Positions 1 through 9,457 of a DNA stretch of 64,000 nucleotides are shown here, in pieces. Position numbers and translations under genes: made by a program. The notes under the pieces were generated by a model, which worked only from the letters and a program-made list of their open reading frames with translations, was not told where the DNA came from and searched no databases. Source of the DNA: an uncultured Thermococci archaeon (GTDB lineage: Archaea; Methanobacteriota_B; Thermococci; Methanofastidiosales; B48-G16). The first letter of the stretch is position 1. The number at the start of each line of letters is the position of its first letter. The DNA is taken from positions 1 to 64,000 of the forward strand of contig CAZQQT010000001.1 of the NCBI GenBank assembly GCA_964595645.1, in the 5' to 3' direction.

Positions 1-69
1 GTAGGATTCCTCCACAAACCCTTCGATCTCGACGAGATGGTGGAGGAAGTGGAACAGTGGAGGAAGTGA
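1..69 (+). CDS. 3' end of a response-regulator receiver-domain protein (partial)
   Basis: Frame 1 reads VGFLHKPFDLDEMVEEVEQWRK*; contains the REC-domain KPF motif. Confidence 0.6.
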   Translation, partial: VGFLHKPFDLDEMVEEVEQWRK

Positions 70-112
70 GTATCCCGTTATATTTATATTTATACCGTAA
101 AAAGTGAGTTGT

Positions 113-271
113 ATGGTTACCGTAAATGAGGATGTATGTATGTTATGCGGTGGATGCGCAAGTGTCTGCCCGTACGACTGTATCACTGTCACTGATAAGG
201 ATGTGTTTATTGTAGATTGCAAAGAGTGTGGGACGTGCATAAAATTCTGTCCTGTGAGGGCGATAGAATGA
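113..271 (+). CDS. 2x[4Fe-4S] ferredoxin, 52 aa (not in ORF track)
   Basis: MVTVNEDVCMLCGGCASVCPYDC...CKECGTCIKFCPVRAIE*; two CxxCxxCxxxCP motifs; ATGA overlap with next gene. Confidence 0.93.
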   Translation: MVTVNEDVCMLCGGCASVCPYDCITVTDKDVFIVDCKECGTCIKFCPVRAIE

Positions 272-1434
272 AAACGGATGTAATTGTGGTAGGTGCAGGA
301 CCTGCAGGAAGTATGGCAGCAGCTACCAGTGAGTGTGACACTGTGCTTATCGATCAACGTCCGGAAATTGGCGTGCCGAAACAGTGCGCTGAAGGTGTAT
401 CGGAGGTCCTGTTTGAAAAAATCGGTATTCCACCAAAAAAAGAATGGATATCGAAAGAAATCAAGCATACAACACTAATTTCTCCTTCAGGCATTGAAAT
501 TCGCTTGGACGACACTAAAGTGAAAAGAGCGAAGTTTGGCTATGTGCTCAACAGAAAGAATTTTGATAAGGGACTTGCAGAGAATGCTGCAAACACAGGA
601 GCAGAGTTAATGCCCAAGACAAGATTTGTCAAGGCAGAAAGGACAGAGAACGGCATAAAAGTGCATGCAAAACGGTTCAACGAGTCAATAGAAATAGAAG
701 GAAAGATACTCATTGCGTGTGATGGTGTGCAGTCGAAAGCCGCGAAATCATTCGGACTAGATACTACGGTGTCTTTGCGGCATATTGAGTCATGTTACCA
801 ATATGAAATGACTGATGTTGAGGTAGAATCTGCAGTAGAACTCTATTTTGGGAGAACGTATGCACCGGGAGGTTATGTGTGGGTTTTTCCGAAAGGTGAA
901 AACTCTGCTAATGTGGGACTGGGAATAATCCCTTCGATCACCGAAAAACGAGCAAAAGAATATCTTGACGACTTTTTAGAAAGAAAAAGAGTAAAAAATG
1001 GAAAAATTGTAGAAATAAATGTAGGAGCCGTTCCTATCTCAACACCACTGAAAAAAACGTATGCTGATAACTTACTCGTATGCGGTGACGCAGCGAGGAT
1101 GGTTAATCCTCTTACAGGAGGAGGCATTCACACGGCATGTATCTCCGGAATGCTCGCCGGTGAGATAGCTACCAAGGCAGTAGAAAAGGAAAATTACTCA
1201 GAATCATTTTTGAGTGAGTACCAGATGCACTGGAAAAATGCGTTTGGCGCTGAGCTGGCATTTTACGGAAAGGCACAGAAGGTTCTCATGAGCCTCACCG
1301 ATGATGAACTCGATAAAATTGCGGGTTCGCTCCAGGAAATTACACTGGAGAGCATCTCGCCAATGGAGATTCTCAAGGCCGTCGTGAAAATGAACCCAAA
1401 ACTCCTCTGGAAGTTAAAATCACTGATGGTATGA
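268..1434 (+). CDS. Digeranylgeranylglycerophospholipid reductase (geranylgeranyl reductase family)
   Basis: GAGPAG FAD motif, PGGYVWVFP, GDAA..NPLTGGGI; start moved to ATG 268. Confidence 0.92.
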   Translation: MKTDVIVVGAGPAGSMAAATSECDTVLIDQRPEIGVPKQCAEGVSEVLFEKIGIPPKKEWISKEIKHTTLISPSGIEIRLDDTKVKRAKFGYVLNRKNFDKGLAENAANTGAELMPKTRFVKAERTENGIKVHAKRFNESIEIEGKILIACDGVQSKAAKSFGLDTTVSLRHIESCYQYEMTDVEVESAVELYFGRTYAPGGYVWVFPKGENSANVGLGIIPSITEKRAKEYLDDFLERKRVKNGKIVEINVGAVPISTPLKKTYADNLLVCGDAARMVNPLTGGGIHTACISGMLAGEIATKAVEKENYSESFLSEYQMHWKNAFGAELAFYGKAQKVLMSLTDDELDKIAGSLQEITLESISPMEILKAVVKMNPKLLWKLKSLMV

Positions 1435-2282
1435 AAGAAACAGAGATAATTCAATATCTGAAGCAGTTTGGCATAGAGGACGACGATGCAGTATATATAA
1501 AGAACGATGAGTATCTTTCTGTCACAACAGATGGCCTTGTGTTCTCCACAGATATACCGAAGGGAATGGATTTAGAGACCGCAGGAAGAAAAAGCGTGGT
1601 AATGAATCTCTCGGATCTTGCAGCCATGGGATCGTCTCCTCTGTTGTTCTTGTGTTCTCTCAATGTTCCCCGAGATTTCCCAGGAATTACTGATGTGATT
1701 GATGGAATCCACTCTGCCTGTGAGGAGTATGGTGTAAAATATGCTGGAGGAGATATCAACGAGGGAGAACTCAGCGTGACAGGATTTGCCTTGGGACGAT
1801 CACCTCGGATTTTAAAAAGGAAGGCTGCAAAAAAAGATGATCTCGTCTGTATCACCGGTGATCTTGGGAGGGTGTACGCGTACTTCATGGGATCGAAACA
1901 TGAGATCTTGAAGGAAAAGGTTTTTCATCCTGTACCAAGGATAAAGGAAGGACAGATACTCAGCAAATATGCTCATGCGTGCATCGATATCAGCGATGGT
2001 GCTTCCAAAGAGCTCAATATCATTGCAGAACTTAGTAGGGTGAAAATTCAGCTTGAAACGCTCCCAATCCATCCATCCGTAATAGAACTATCGAAGGGAA
2101 AGGCATTTGAGTACGCACTACACTCCGGCGAGGAGTTTGAGCTTATCTTTACCATCCCACAAAAACATAGAGCGATCATTGAGCAAGTGAATGCTACTGT
2201 GGTGGGGAGAGTCACGACAGGTGACGGAGTCTTTTATAAGGAAAAACGTATTCAACGAGGTGGCTGGGAACACCTAGATTAA
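1431..2282 (+). CDS. thiL: Thiamine-monophosphate kinase
   Basis: DDDAV, NLSDLAAMG, GGD, DISDG, GEEFEL, C-terminal GWEH. Confidence 0.92.
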   Translation: MKETEIIQYLKQFGIEDDDAVYIKNDEYLSVTTDGLVFSTDIPKGMDLETAGRKSVVMNLSDLAAMGSSPLLFLCSLNVPRDFPGITDVIDGIHSACEEYGVKYAGGDINEGELSVTGFALGRSPRILKRKAAKKDDLVCITGDLGRVYAYFMGSKHEILKEKVFHPVPRIKEGQILSKYAHACIDISDGASKELNIIAELSRVKIQLETLPIHPSVIELSKGKAFEYALHSGEEFELIFTIPQKHRAIIEQVNATVVGRVTTGDGVFYKEKRIQRGGWEHLD

Positions 2283-2389
2283 TGTTTTCTCATAAACATC
2301 CAATTTCCAGCGTGATTTGAATATTTTCCTGGTGGCATCTAAATCTTTTTATACTCCCCGAGCGAGGAGTGAAAAAAGGAGTCGATGGC

Positions 2390-5227
2390 ATGGCACCTGA
2401 GAACGAACGAACGGAAAAACCGGTTTATAAAATGACAGTCCAGGAGGCCCTCGATCATCTGGACACGAGTGAGAAGGGGCTTCCCAGGGATGAGGCCGAA
2501 CGAAGGCTCGATACATATGGAAAAAATGAGCTTCGGGCAGAGATCAAGACACCAAAATGGCTGATGTTCCTCTCACAGTTCAGGGAGGTACTTGTCATGG
2601 TGCTAATTGTTGCTGGTACTCTTTCCGTCGCCATCGGAAACTACCGAGATGGGGGGATCATGTTTGTTATTGTGGCCATCAACGCAATCATTGGCTTCAT
2701 CCAGGAGTACAAAGCGGAGAAGATCATTGATAAATTAAAGGATCTGATAAAGTCACCTGCACGAGTGATGCAGGATGGGGAACTGAAGGAAATCGATCAG
2801 GAAGAGCTGGTACCGGGAGATATTATCCAGATTGAAGAGGGAGATAAGATTCCAGCGGACATCAGAATTATCGAGTCCTTTAACCTTCGTACAAATGACT
2901 TTTCATTAACAGGCGAGTCTATGCCACAGGAAAAACACAGTAACGCCATTCCAGAGGATTTTTCCTTGGCAGATAGAGATAACATGGCGTATGTCGGTAC
3001 TACTGTGGCCTCTGGAAACGCCAGGGGACTGGTAGTCTCCACGGGGATGGATACCGAGATGGGAAAAATTGCCGATATGACTAAAGAAACCGGAGGAATC
3101 AAGTCTCCCCTCCAAGAGGAACTGGACGTGTTAGCTAACCGACTCACCATGGTTGTGATTGTCATCAGCACATGTCTTTTCTTCATCGCCCTGTGGCAGG
3201 GGTTTACCATCTACTTAAGCGCTGTTTACGCTCTTGGTATTGCGGTGTCATCTGTTCCTCAGGCACTGCCTGCGCAGGTGACCGTGGCGCTCTCCACAGG
3301 GAGCAATAGACTAGCTAACCGAAATGCGGTGGTCAAGAATCTCTCATCTGTGGAAACACTCGGCTCCACTACCGTTATCTGTACGGATAAGACGGGAACA
3401 CTCACGAAAAACGAGATGACTGCACGAAACGTGTGGTTCAATGGGAAGGAGTACGAACTGACAGGGATCGGTTACAAACCGGAGGGGGAGATACTCGATG
3501 AACACGGTGAGCCGTTGAGCCAGGAACAGATCGATGAGATCGAGATACTCATGGACGCCGCGACCATGGCATCCAACGCGGAGATACACGCATCGGATGA
3601 GCAGCATACCAGCTGGCACCCTATAGGGGATCCCACCGAGGCGGCCCTCATCACGATGTCAACGAAGCTGGGTACCCGATCCCCACAGGAGGATGAGGAA
3701 AATCCACAGCTAATTGAGTTTCCCTTCGATTCTGAGAGGAAACGAATGAGCTCAGTGAGGGATATCGGAGAAGAGTACGCCGATGAGGAAGTGTTAAAGG
3801 CGTTAGAGGGGGAAACCAAGGGACGAGTTGTTCTGGCAATGAAAGGAGCGACTGACAGTATTCTCTCTGTAAGTAAATATATATACAAGGATGGAGAAGC
3901 CGTACCTATCACAGAGGAAGATAAAACGAGAGTCAGAGAGATGAATGAAAAGTATTCCAAAAAGGCAATGCGCGTGCTTGCCTTCGCGTACCGACCGTTG
4001 GAGAAGAATGGCCGCGACTACGTTCTTGAGGAAGTAGAGAAGAATGTGATCTTCCTTGGGTTGGTGGGAATGATCGATCCGCCGAAGGAAGGCGTGAGGG
4101 AGGCAATCGACGCAACGCACCAAGCGCACATCCGCACGTTTATTATGACAGGAGATCACGCAATCACCGCCCGGGCGGTGGGCGATGAGATTGGACTCTG
4201 GGAAGGCGACAACGAATCCCCGGTGATCACCGGCAAAGAGCTCTGTGATATCAGTGATGAGGAGCTCACCGAGATTATGGAGCACCACGAGTCCTTGATA
4301 TTCTCCCGGGTGGATCCACAGGATAAACTCCGGATCGTGAAACTCCTTGAGGAACAGGGAGAAGTCGTTGCCGTCACTGGTGATGGAGTGAACGATGCTC
4401 CTGCACTGAAACGGGCGCACATTGGTGTGGCCATGGGGCAGAAGGGTACAGATGTGGCAAAGGAGGCCTCCGAACTCGTACTACTGGATGACAGCTTTCC
4501 TACCCTTGTCCACGCGGTACGGGAAGGGAGGACGATCTACAACAATTTGAAGAAAACTGTGCTGGCATCCATGACCACCAATGGTGCAGAGCTCACCGCT
4601 GTACTGCTCGGGCTGTTGGGGGTGGCGCTCTGGAACTGGGCAATTCCGATTCTTGTTGTACAGATACTGGCCATCGATCTTCTGGCAGAGATTCTTCCAC
4701 TTACATTTTTGACCTTCGATCCGCCCTCAGAGGCAATGATGATCTCACCTCCGCGGAAACGGGAGGAACATATTATCAATAAGTATACAGGTACCGAAGT
4801 GATCTTCCTCGGATTCCTTATCGGCGCCCTCGCCTTCGGCAACTTTGCCTTCTACATGGTGCGGGAGGGAATAACCCTCACAGTGGATAACATCGGTACC
4901 CTTCACTACGCCGTGGCGACCACACTCGCGTATCTCACGATTGCGTACTGTCAGTTCTTCAATATTCTCTCCCGACGGTACAACTACAGCTCACTGTTCA
5001 ACCGCAACCTTTTCACCAACAAGATCCTCCTCGGATCCATCGTTTTCTCCATTGGGATGGTTTTTGTGGGTGTCTACGGCCCCTACATCAGTGATGTCCT
5101 TGAGTTTGCTGGTCCAACCCTTGAGGGGTGGCTGCAGGTCCTCGCTGCGGCTTGTGTGTATCTCAGTGTATTCGAGCTCCTCAAGTTCGGTAAACGCTGG
5201 AGAAAGAAAGGAGAAATCAAGAAGTAA
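2390..5227 (+). CDS. P-type (P2 class) cation-transporting ATPase
   Basis: TGES, DKTGT, KGA, DPPK, TGD, GDGVND; about 10 TM segments; M4 motif is PQAL. Confidence 0.93.
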   Translation: MAPENERTEKPVYKMTVQEALDHLDTSEKGLPRDEAERRLDTYGKNELRAEIKTPKWLMFLSQFREVLVMVLIVAGTLSVAIGNYRDGGIMFVIVAINAIIGFIQEYKAEKIIDKLKDLIKSPARVMQDGELKEIDQEELVPGDIIQIEEGDKIPADIRIIESFNLRTNDFSLTGESMPQEKHSNAIPEDFSLADRDNMAYVGTTVASGNARGLVVSTGMDTEMGKIADMTKETGGIKSPLQEELDVLANRLTMVVIVISTCLFFIALWQGFTIYLSAVYALGIAVSSVPQALPAQVTVALSTGSNRLANRNAVVKNLSSVETLGSTTVICTDKTGTLTKNEMTARNVWFNGKEYELTGIGYKPEGEILDEHGEPLSQEQIDEIEILMDAATMASNAEIHASDEQHTSWHPIGDPTEAALITMSTKLGTRSPQEDEENPQLIEFPFDSERKRMSSVRDIGEEYADEEVLKALEGETKGRVVLAMKGATDSILSVSKYIYKDGEAVPITEEDKTRVREMNEKYSKKAMRVLAFAYRPLEKNGRDYVLEEVEKNVIFLGLVGMIDPPKEGVREAIDATHQAHIRTFIMTGDHAITARAVGDEIGLWEGDNESPVITGKELCDISDEELTEIMEHHESLIFSRVDPQDKLRIVKLLEEQGEVVAVTGDGVNDAPALKRAHIGVAMGQKGTDVAKEASELVLLDDSFPTLVHAVREGRTIYNNLKKTVLASMTTNGAELTAVLLGLLGVALWNWAIPILVVQILAIDLLAEILPLTFLTFDPPSEAMMISPPRKREEHIINKYTGTEVIFLGFLIGALAFGNFAFYMVREGITLTVDNIGTLHYAVATTLAYLTIAYCQFFNILSRRYNYSSLFNRNLFTNKILLGSIVFSIGMVFVGVYGPYISDVLEFAGPTLEGWLQVLAAACVYLSVFELLKFGKRWRKKGEIKK

Positions 5228-5271
5228 AAGAGTAAAAGATCTGAAGAAAAAAGAGAAAAAATAAGGAAGGG

Positions 5272-5547
5272 GCTTGCGACGGAGAGTCCGCTACCTTTGC
5301 ACTTATCGAACTCCAGTTCAATCTCAAGTTCATCCTGGTCGAGTTCGATCTCAACCTCTATTTGATCGCTGAACGTGAAAGGGAGTTCCCACTCGTCGGT
5401 GCTGATCGTCAGTTCGTTGCTCCCTTCGATTTCGTCGGCAAGCTTCCGTAAAAAGGCAGCGAGTTCTCTTCTTCCCATGTAGAATTCTTGGGAAAAGCTC
5501 CCTGCAATCTGTTTTTTTCCTGGAGTTTTATTCTCCGATATTTTCAT
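5272..5547 (-). CDS. Amphi-Trp domain protein; natural stop apparently lost, so the ORF runs on to 5083
   Basis: RELAAFLRKLADEI...EVEIE...ELEIELEF; GGTGA RBS before ATG 5547; GCA-AGC junction is one T short of GCA-TAG. Confidence 0.7.
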
Positions 5548-5611
5548 TGGTATCACCTGACCCGTGCATGTTCAATAACATTCATAAAGTTTCTTAGTAA
5601 TTTTATACCTG

Positions 5612-5895
5612 ATGTTACTGAAAATACTTGGATCGCAGAAACGGCTAGAGATCCTCAAGCTGCTGAGTAGGAAGGATAGGTACATCTCGGAGATCATGGA
5701 GCTGGCAACGATAGACGGGAAAAACGCTGCACACCATCTAGCTGTGTTGAGGATGCTGGAATTGTGAGGAGCTATAGAGAAGGGAGAAGAAAGTACTATC
5801 CTCTTGAGAAGGAGGTACGGCTGGAGATTGTCCCTCCACCGGAGGGTAAGTTTCTGATCTATACAGCCGAGGGCGAAGATAGAAACACATCATAG
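5612..5895 (+). pseudogene. ArsR-family winged-HTH regulator, frameshifted near 5748
   Basis: MLLKILGSQKRLEILKLLSRKDRYISEIMELATIDGKNAAHHLAVL continues in another frame as EDAGIVRSYREGRRKYYPLEKEVRLEIVPPPEGKF..*. Confidence 0.8.
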
Positions 5896-5946
5896 TGACA
5901 TAGGGTAAAGTATTTATTTGTACTCTCATACCCATATGTGGTTGTT

Positions 5947-7770
5947 ATGATTTCTTCGCTTTTGCAGGATATCGCTATCACTACAGATATGCTCGTCGTG
6001 TATCTTCTCGTCGTGGTAGCGTTAGTTCTTTTTACCACCGAGCTGCTTTCCGTAGACCTCACCGCAATTCTCATCATGGTTCTCCTCATGGTTCTCCAAC
6101 CGTGGACCCATATCACTCCTGCGGAGGGCATTTCGGGATTTTCCAATAGTGCGACAATCACCGTACTGGCCATGCTTGTCTTGAGTGGCGGTATCAGAAA
6201 AACAGGGCTTGTGCAAATTTTGGGAAGAAAAATGGAGAAATTTGTTGGCAATAATGAGAAAAAACAGCTTGGAGCTACTGTTGGCGTTGCTGGTGTCGTC
6301 TCAGGATTTATCAACAACACTCCTGTTGTATCGATTCTCGTCCCAGTGATCGTCGATCTTGCCCACCGTACCAAAAACTCTCCTTCAAAGCTGTTGATTC
6401 CTCTCTCGTATGCATCGATGTTTGGGGGGATGCTCACACTTTTAGGTACCTCAACAAACCTTCTCGCGAGTTCCGTCTCCGAGCGACTGTTGAATCATCC
6501 CTTTTCAATGTTTGAGTTCACCAAGCTTGGCGTGATTGTGTTGGCTGTTGGGTCACTCTATCTTATGACATTAGGCTACAAACTGCTTCCTGAACGGGTA
6601 AAACCGGAGGAAGACCTTGTTGAGGGGTACAAACTCGCGCCGTACCTCACTGAAGTGATTGTCCCGGAAAAATCAGGCATTATTGGAAGAACTGTAGCAG
6701 ATATAAATAAAACATTTAGTGGTGAGGCGAATATTCTTCAGATAGTCCGTAGCGGTGATCGGTTTGTTGAGCCACTGGAGCGGAAGACAATGAGAGAGAA
6801 CGATCTTCTTATTATCAGGACGGACCGGGAAACTCTCTACACGATGTTGGAAGAAGATGAGGTACGACTTACCGGTACGGTAGTGACCGAGGAAGAGTTT
6901 GAAAGACCGGAAGCAGAACAGCGGCTTGTGGAGCTGATTGTACCGTCGGGATCCCCGCTTGTAGGGGAGACACTGAAAAGCACTACCTTTCTTCAGCGGT
7001 ACAACACCAATGTGCTTGCCTTTCGTACCGGTGGAGAGACCATTCGAAGTAGGATGGATGAGATAAAAATTAAGCCAGGCGATACTCTCCTTATCCAGGC
7101 AACAGAAGATGATATTGCACGGCTTTCTCTTAACCCTGATTTTATCGTTGCCCATGAACCAAAAACACCTACGTATCGAACTACGAAGATTCCGATAGCC
7201 ATTGCGATTATCGCGGGGGTAGTGGGATTAGCGGCGCTGGACATTTTCCCCATTGTAGTGAGTGCGCTGGCAGGGGTAGTAGCGATGGTACTTACCGGTG
7301 TGCTCAAACCAGGAGAGCTTTACGATTCGATTGAGTGGAACGTGATCTTTTTGCTCGCAGGTATTATTCCGCTTGGTATGGCTATGGAACAGACGGGAGC
7401 AGCGAGACTTCTTGGCAATATTATTGCATCAAGCGCAGGCATGTTGCCGTCTATTGGAGTATTATGGCTTTTTTACACTATTACAGGCCTTATTACCAAT
7501 ATTATCAGCAAGAACGCGAGTGTTGTGGTCATGATCCCTGTGGGGATAACTGTGGCAGAAGGGATCGGCGCAAACCCCTTTGCCTTTGCGCTTGCTGTTA
7601 CATTTGCAGCGAGCACAGCATTCATGACACCCATCGGTTACCAGACCAACCTTTTCGTCTACGGCCCAGGAGGATACAAGTTCTCCGACTACTTCCGTGT
7701 TGGCGCTCCGTTGCAGCTCCTCCTCTCCGTCGTTACTGTAATAGGTATCGCCTATTTCTGGGGTGTATGA
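5947..7770 (+). CDS. SLC13/CitMHS-family permease with two TrkA-C (RCK_C) domains
   Basis: SGFINNTPVV, TLLGTSTNL, TPIGYQTN, GPGGYKFSD; central soluble TrkA-C repeats. Confidence 0.9.
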   Translation: MISSLLQDIAITTDMLVVYLLVVVALVLFTTELLSVDLTAILIMVLLMVLQPWTHITPAEGISGFSNSATITVLAMLVLSGGIRKTGLVQILGRKMEKFVGNNEKKQLGATVGVAGVVSGFINNTPVVSILVPVIVDLAHRTKNSPSKLLIPLSYASMFGGMLTLLGTSTNLLASSVSERLLNHPFSMFEFTKLGVIVLAVGSLYLMTLGYKLLPERVKPEEDLVEGYKLAPYLTEVIVPEKSGIIGRTVADINKTFSGEANILQIVRSGDRFVEPLERKTMRENDLLIIRTDRETLYTMLEEDEVRLTGTVVTEEEFERPEAEQRLVELIVPSGSPLVGETLKSTTFLQRYNTNVLAFRTGGETIRSRMDEIKIKPGDTLLIQATEDDIARLSLNPDFIVAHEPKTPTYRTTKIPIAIAIIAGVVGLAALDIFPIVVSALAGVVAMVLTGVLKPGELYDSIEWNVIFLLAGIIPLGMAMEQTGAARLLGNIIASSAGMLPSIGVLWLFYTITGLITNIISKNASVVVMIPVGITVAEGIGANPFAFALAVTFAASTAFMTPIGYQTNLFVYGPGGYKFSDYFRVGAPLQLLLSVVTVIGIAYFWGV

Positions 7771-7896
7771 ATGTGAAATTCTCTTCAAAGATACACTATT
7801 TTCTGTCATTACGACCATAAATTATCAAAAAGTTTTTATACTTTTAACAAAAGACAATATTGCCTATTCACTGAGAGTATAAAGAGGTTTATTTGT

Positions 7897-8481
7897 ATGA
7901 TCAAAGAACAATTGCCGAGCTTCGTGGAGGAAAATTTAGATCCTCAAGAACGAGTGCTTCACGCCATGAAAAAGCGGTTAAGACTCGAAGCAAAACCAAA
8001 ATGGATCGTCGTTACTAACAGACGAATTCTATATGTGGATGAAAAACTCTTCGGTCGTTACAGCTTTTCTGGCATTCCTTATGAAAAGCTTCAAACGGTG
8101 GAGTTCAAGGCGGGAATGGTGGCTTCGCGATTTAAGATCACAAAGGAGAACGGAAAAACAGTTGAACTTTCATGGCTCAGCAAAGAGGAGTCAAAAGAGA
8201 CGATCCAGACCATCAAAGATGCGCTCAATGAGATAGCCGTTGAGCCCATTACCATACAGAAGGACAAGGGATTGAAATCCGAAGAATGGAGACTCAATAA
8301 ACCCAAAGAGACGGTAAGTCGATTTGTGAGTTCACAAGAGTCGTTTAAAGGGTCTAAGCAGAAAAAAGAGAAAGAGGATCCCATAGAGAAACTGCGAGGT
8401 CTGAAAAAACTGTACGATGAGGGAATCATCTCACAGACAGAGTACGAGACAAAACGGAAAAAACTTCTCGAGATGATATGA
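7897..8481 (+). CDS. Bacterial PH-domain protein with C-terminal SHOCT domain
   Basis: IVVTNRRILY (bPH); LKKLYDEGIISQTEYETKRKKLL (SHOCT). Confidence 0.8.
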   Translation: MIKEQLPSFVEENLDPQERVLHAMKKRLRLEAKPKWIVVTNRRILYVDEKLFGRYSFSGIPYEKLQTVEFKAGMVASRFKITKENGKTVELSWLSKEESKETIQTIKDALNEIAVEPITIQKDKGLKSEEWRLNKPKETVSRFVSSQESFKGSKQKKEKEDPIEKLRGLKKLYDEGIISQTEYETKRKKLLEMI

Positions 8482-8518
8482 CCAAACGTATTTTATATCG
8501 TTGTGAGAGAGAACGATC

Positions 8519-9457
8519 ATGAAGTACGCAGATGCAGGTGTAGATGTTGAGGAGGAAGAACGTTCGGTCCATGAATTGTTAAAGGTGATAAACCCCTCAT
8601 TAGATTTACGGAAGGATATTCTCTCCAGATCCGGAGGGTACTCCGGACATATCAAACTGGGGGACAGGTATCTGGCGCTCTCCACTGACGGCGTGGGAAC
8701 TAAGACACTGGTCGCAGAGAAACTGGAGACGTACAATACCATCGGAATCGATCTTGTTGCGATGGTGGTGAACGATCTTATCTGCGATGGATTTGAGCCA
8801 ATCGTACTGTCGAACTACATTGTGGTGCGGGAGTCCGATCCTTCCTTCATGCGGGAGCTTGGAAAGGGATTATTGAAGGGTGCACAGGAGGCGAATGTTG
8901 CGATCCCGGCAGGTGAGACAGCGGTACACCCAAATATGAACCAAAAGTTTGATCTCGGTGCTACTGCACTCGGCATCGCAAAAGAAGTGTTTACCTCAGA
9001 GACAGAGGAGGGAGATGTACTCATCGGACTGCCCTCGTCAGGTATCCACAGCAACGGCATCTCACTGGCTAGAAAACTGTTTGCAGATGAAGATGATATG
9101 TTGCGTGAGGTGCTGACGCCCACAAAAGTCTACGTGAAGGAGATACTCTCGCTTCTTTCAACGATCAATGTGAGAGGACTGGCACATATCACCGGTGGAG
9201 GATTTTTGAAACTGCAGCGGATAGCGTCCGGCGTGAAAATTGAGCTTCCAGAGATACCTTCTATTTTCCATGAGATCATGGATCGTGGTGTGGCATTCAA
9301 CGAGATGTGTCGTACGTACAATATGGGGATTGGGTTCGTCGTTGCCGTTGATGAAAAAAATGTGGACAGCACATTGGATCTCGTATCCGAAGGAACGGTG
9401 ATCGGTGAGGTTACAAAAAAAGGAATTACAGTTAATGGTCATAGAATAGATACATAA
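8519..9457 (+). CDS. purM: Phosphoribosylformylglycinamidine cyclo-ligase (AIR synthetase)
   Basis: YADAGVD, TDGVGTK, GETA, SSGIHSNG, AHITGGG, YNMGIG. Confidence 0.95.
   Translation: MKYADAGVDVEEEERSVHELLKVINPSLDLRKDILSRSGGYSGHIKLGDRYLALSTDGVGTKTLVAEKLETYNTIGIDLVAMVVNDLICDGFEPIVLSNYIVVRESDPSFMRELGKGLLKGAQEANVAIPAGETAVHPNMNQKFDLGATALGIAKEVFTSETEEGDVLIGLPSSGIHSNGISLARKLFADEDDMLREVLTPTKVYVKEILSLLSTINVRGLAHITGGGFLKLQRIASGVKIELPEIPSIFHEIMDRGVAFNEMCRTYNMGIGFVVAVDEKNVDSTLDLVSEGTVIGEVTKKGITVNGHRIDT

Noticed and set aside
5083-5271. C-terminal part of the 157-aa amphi-Trp ORF
   Set aside because: Translates T-rich intergenic DNA and ATPase antisense sequence; best explained by stop loss
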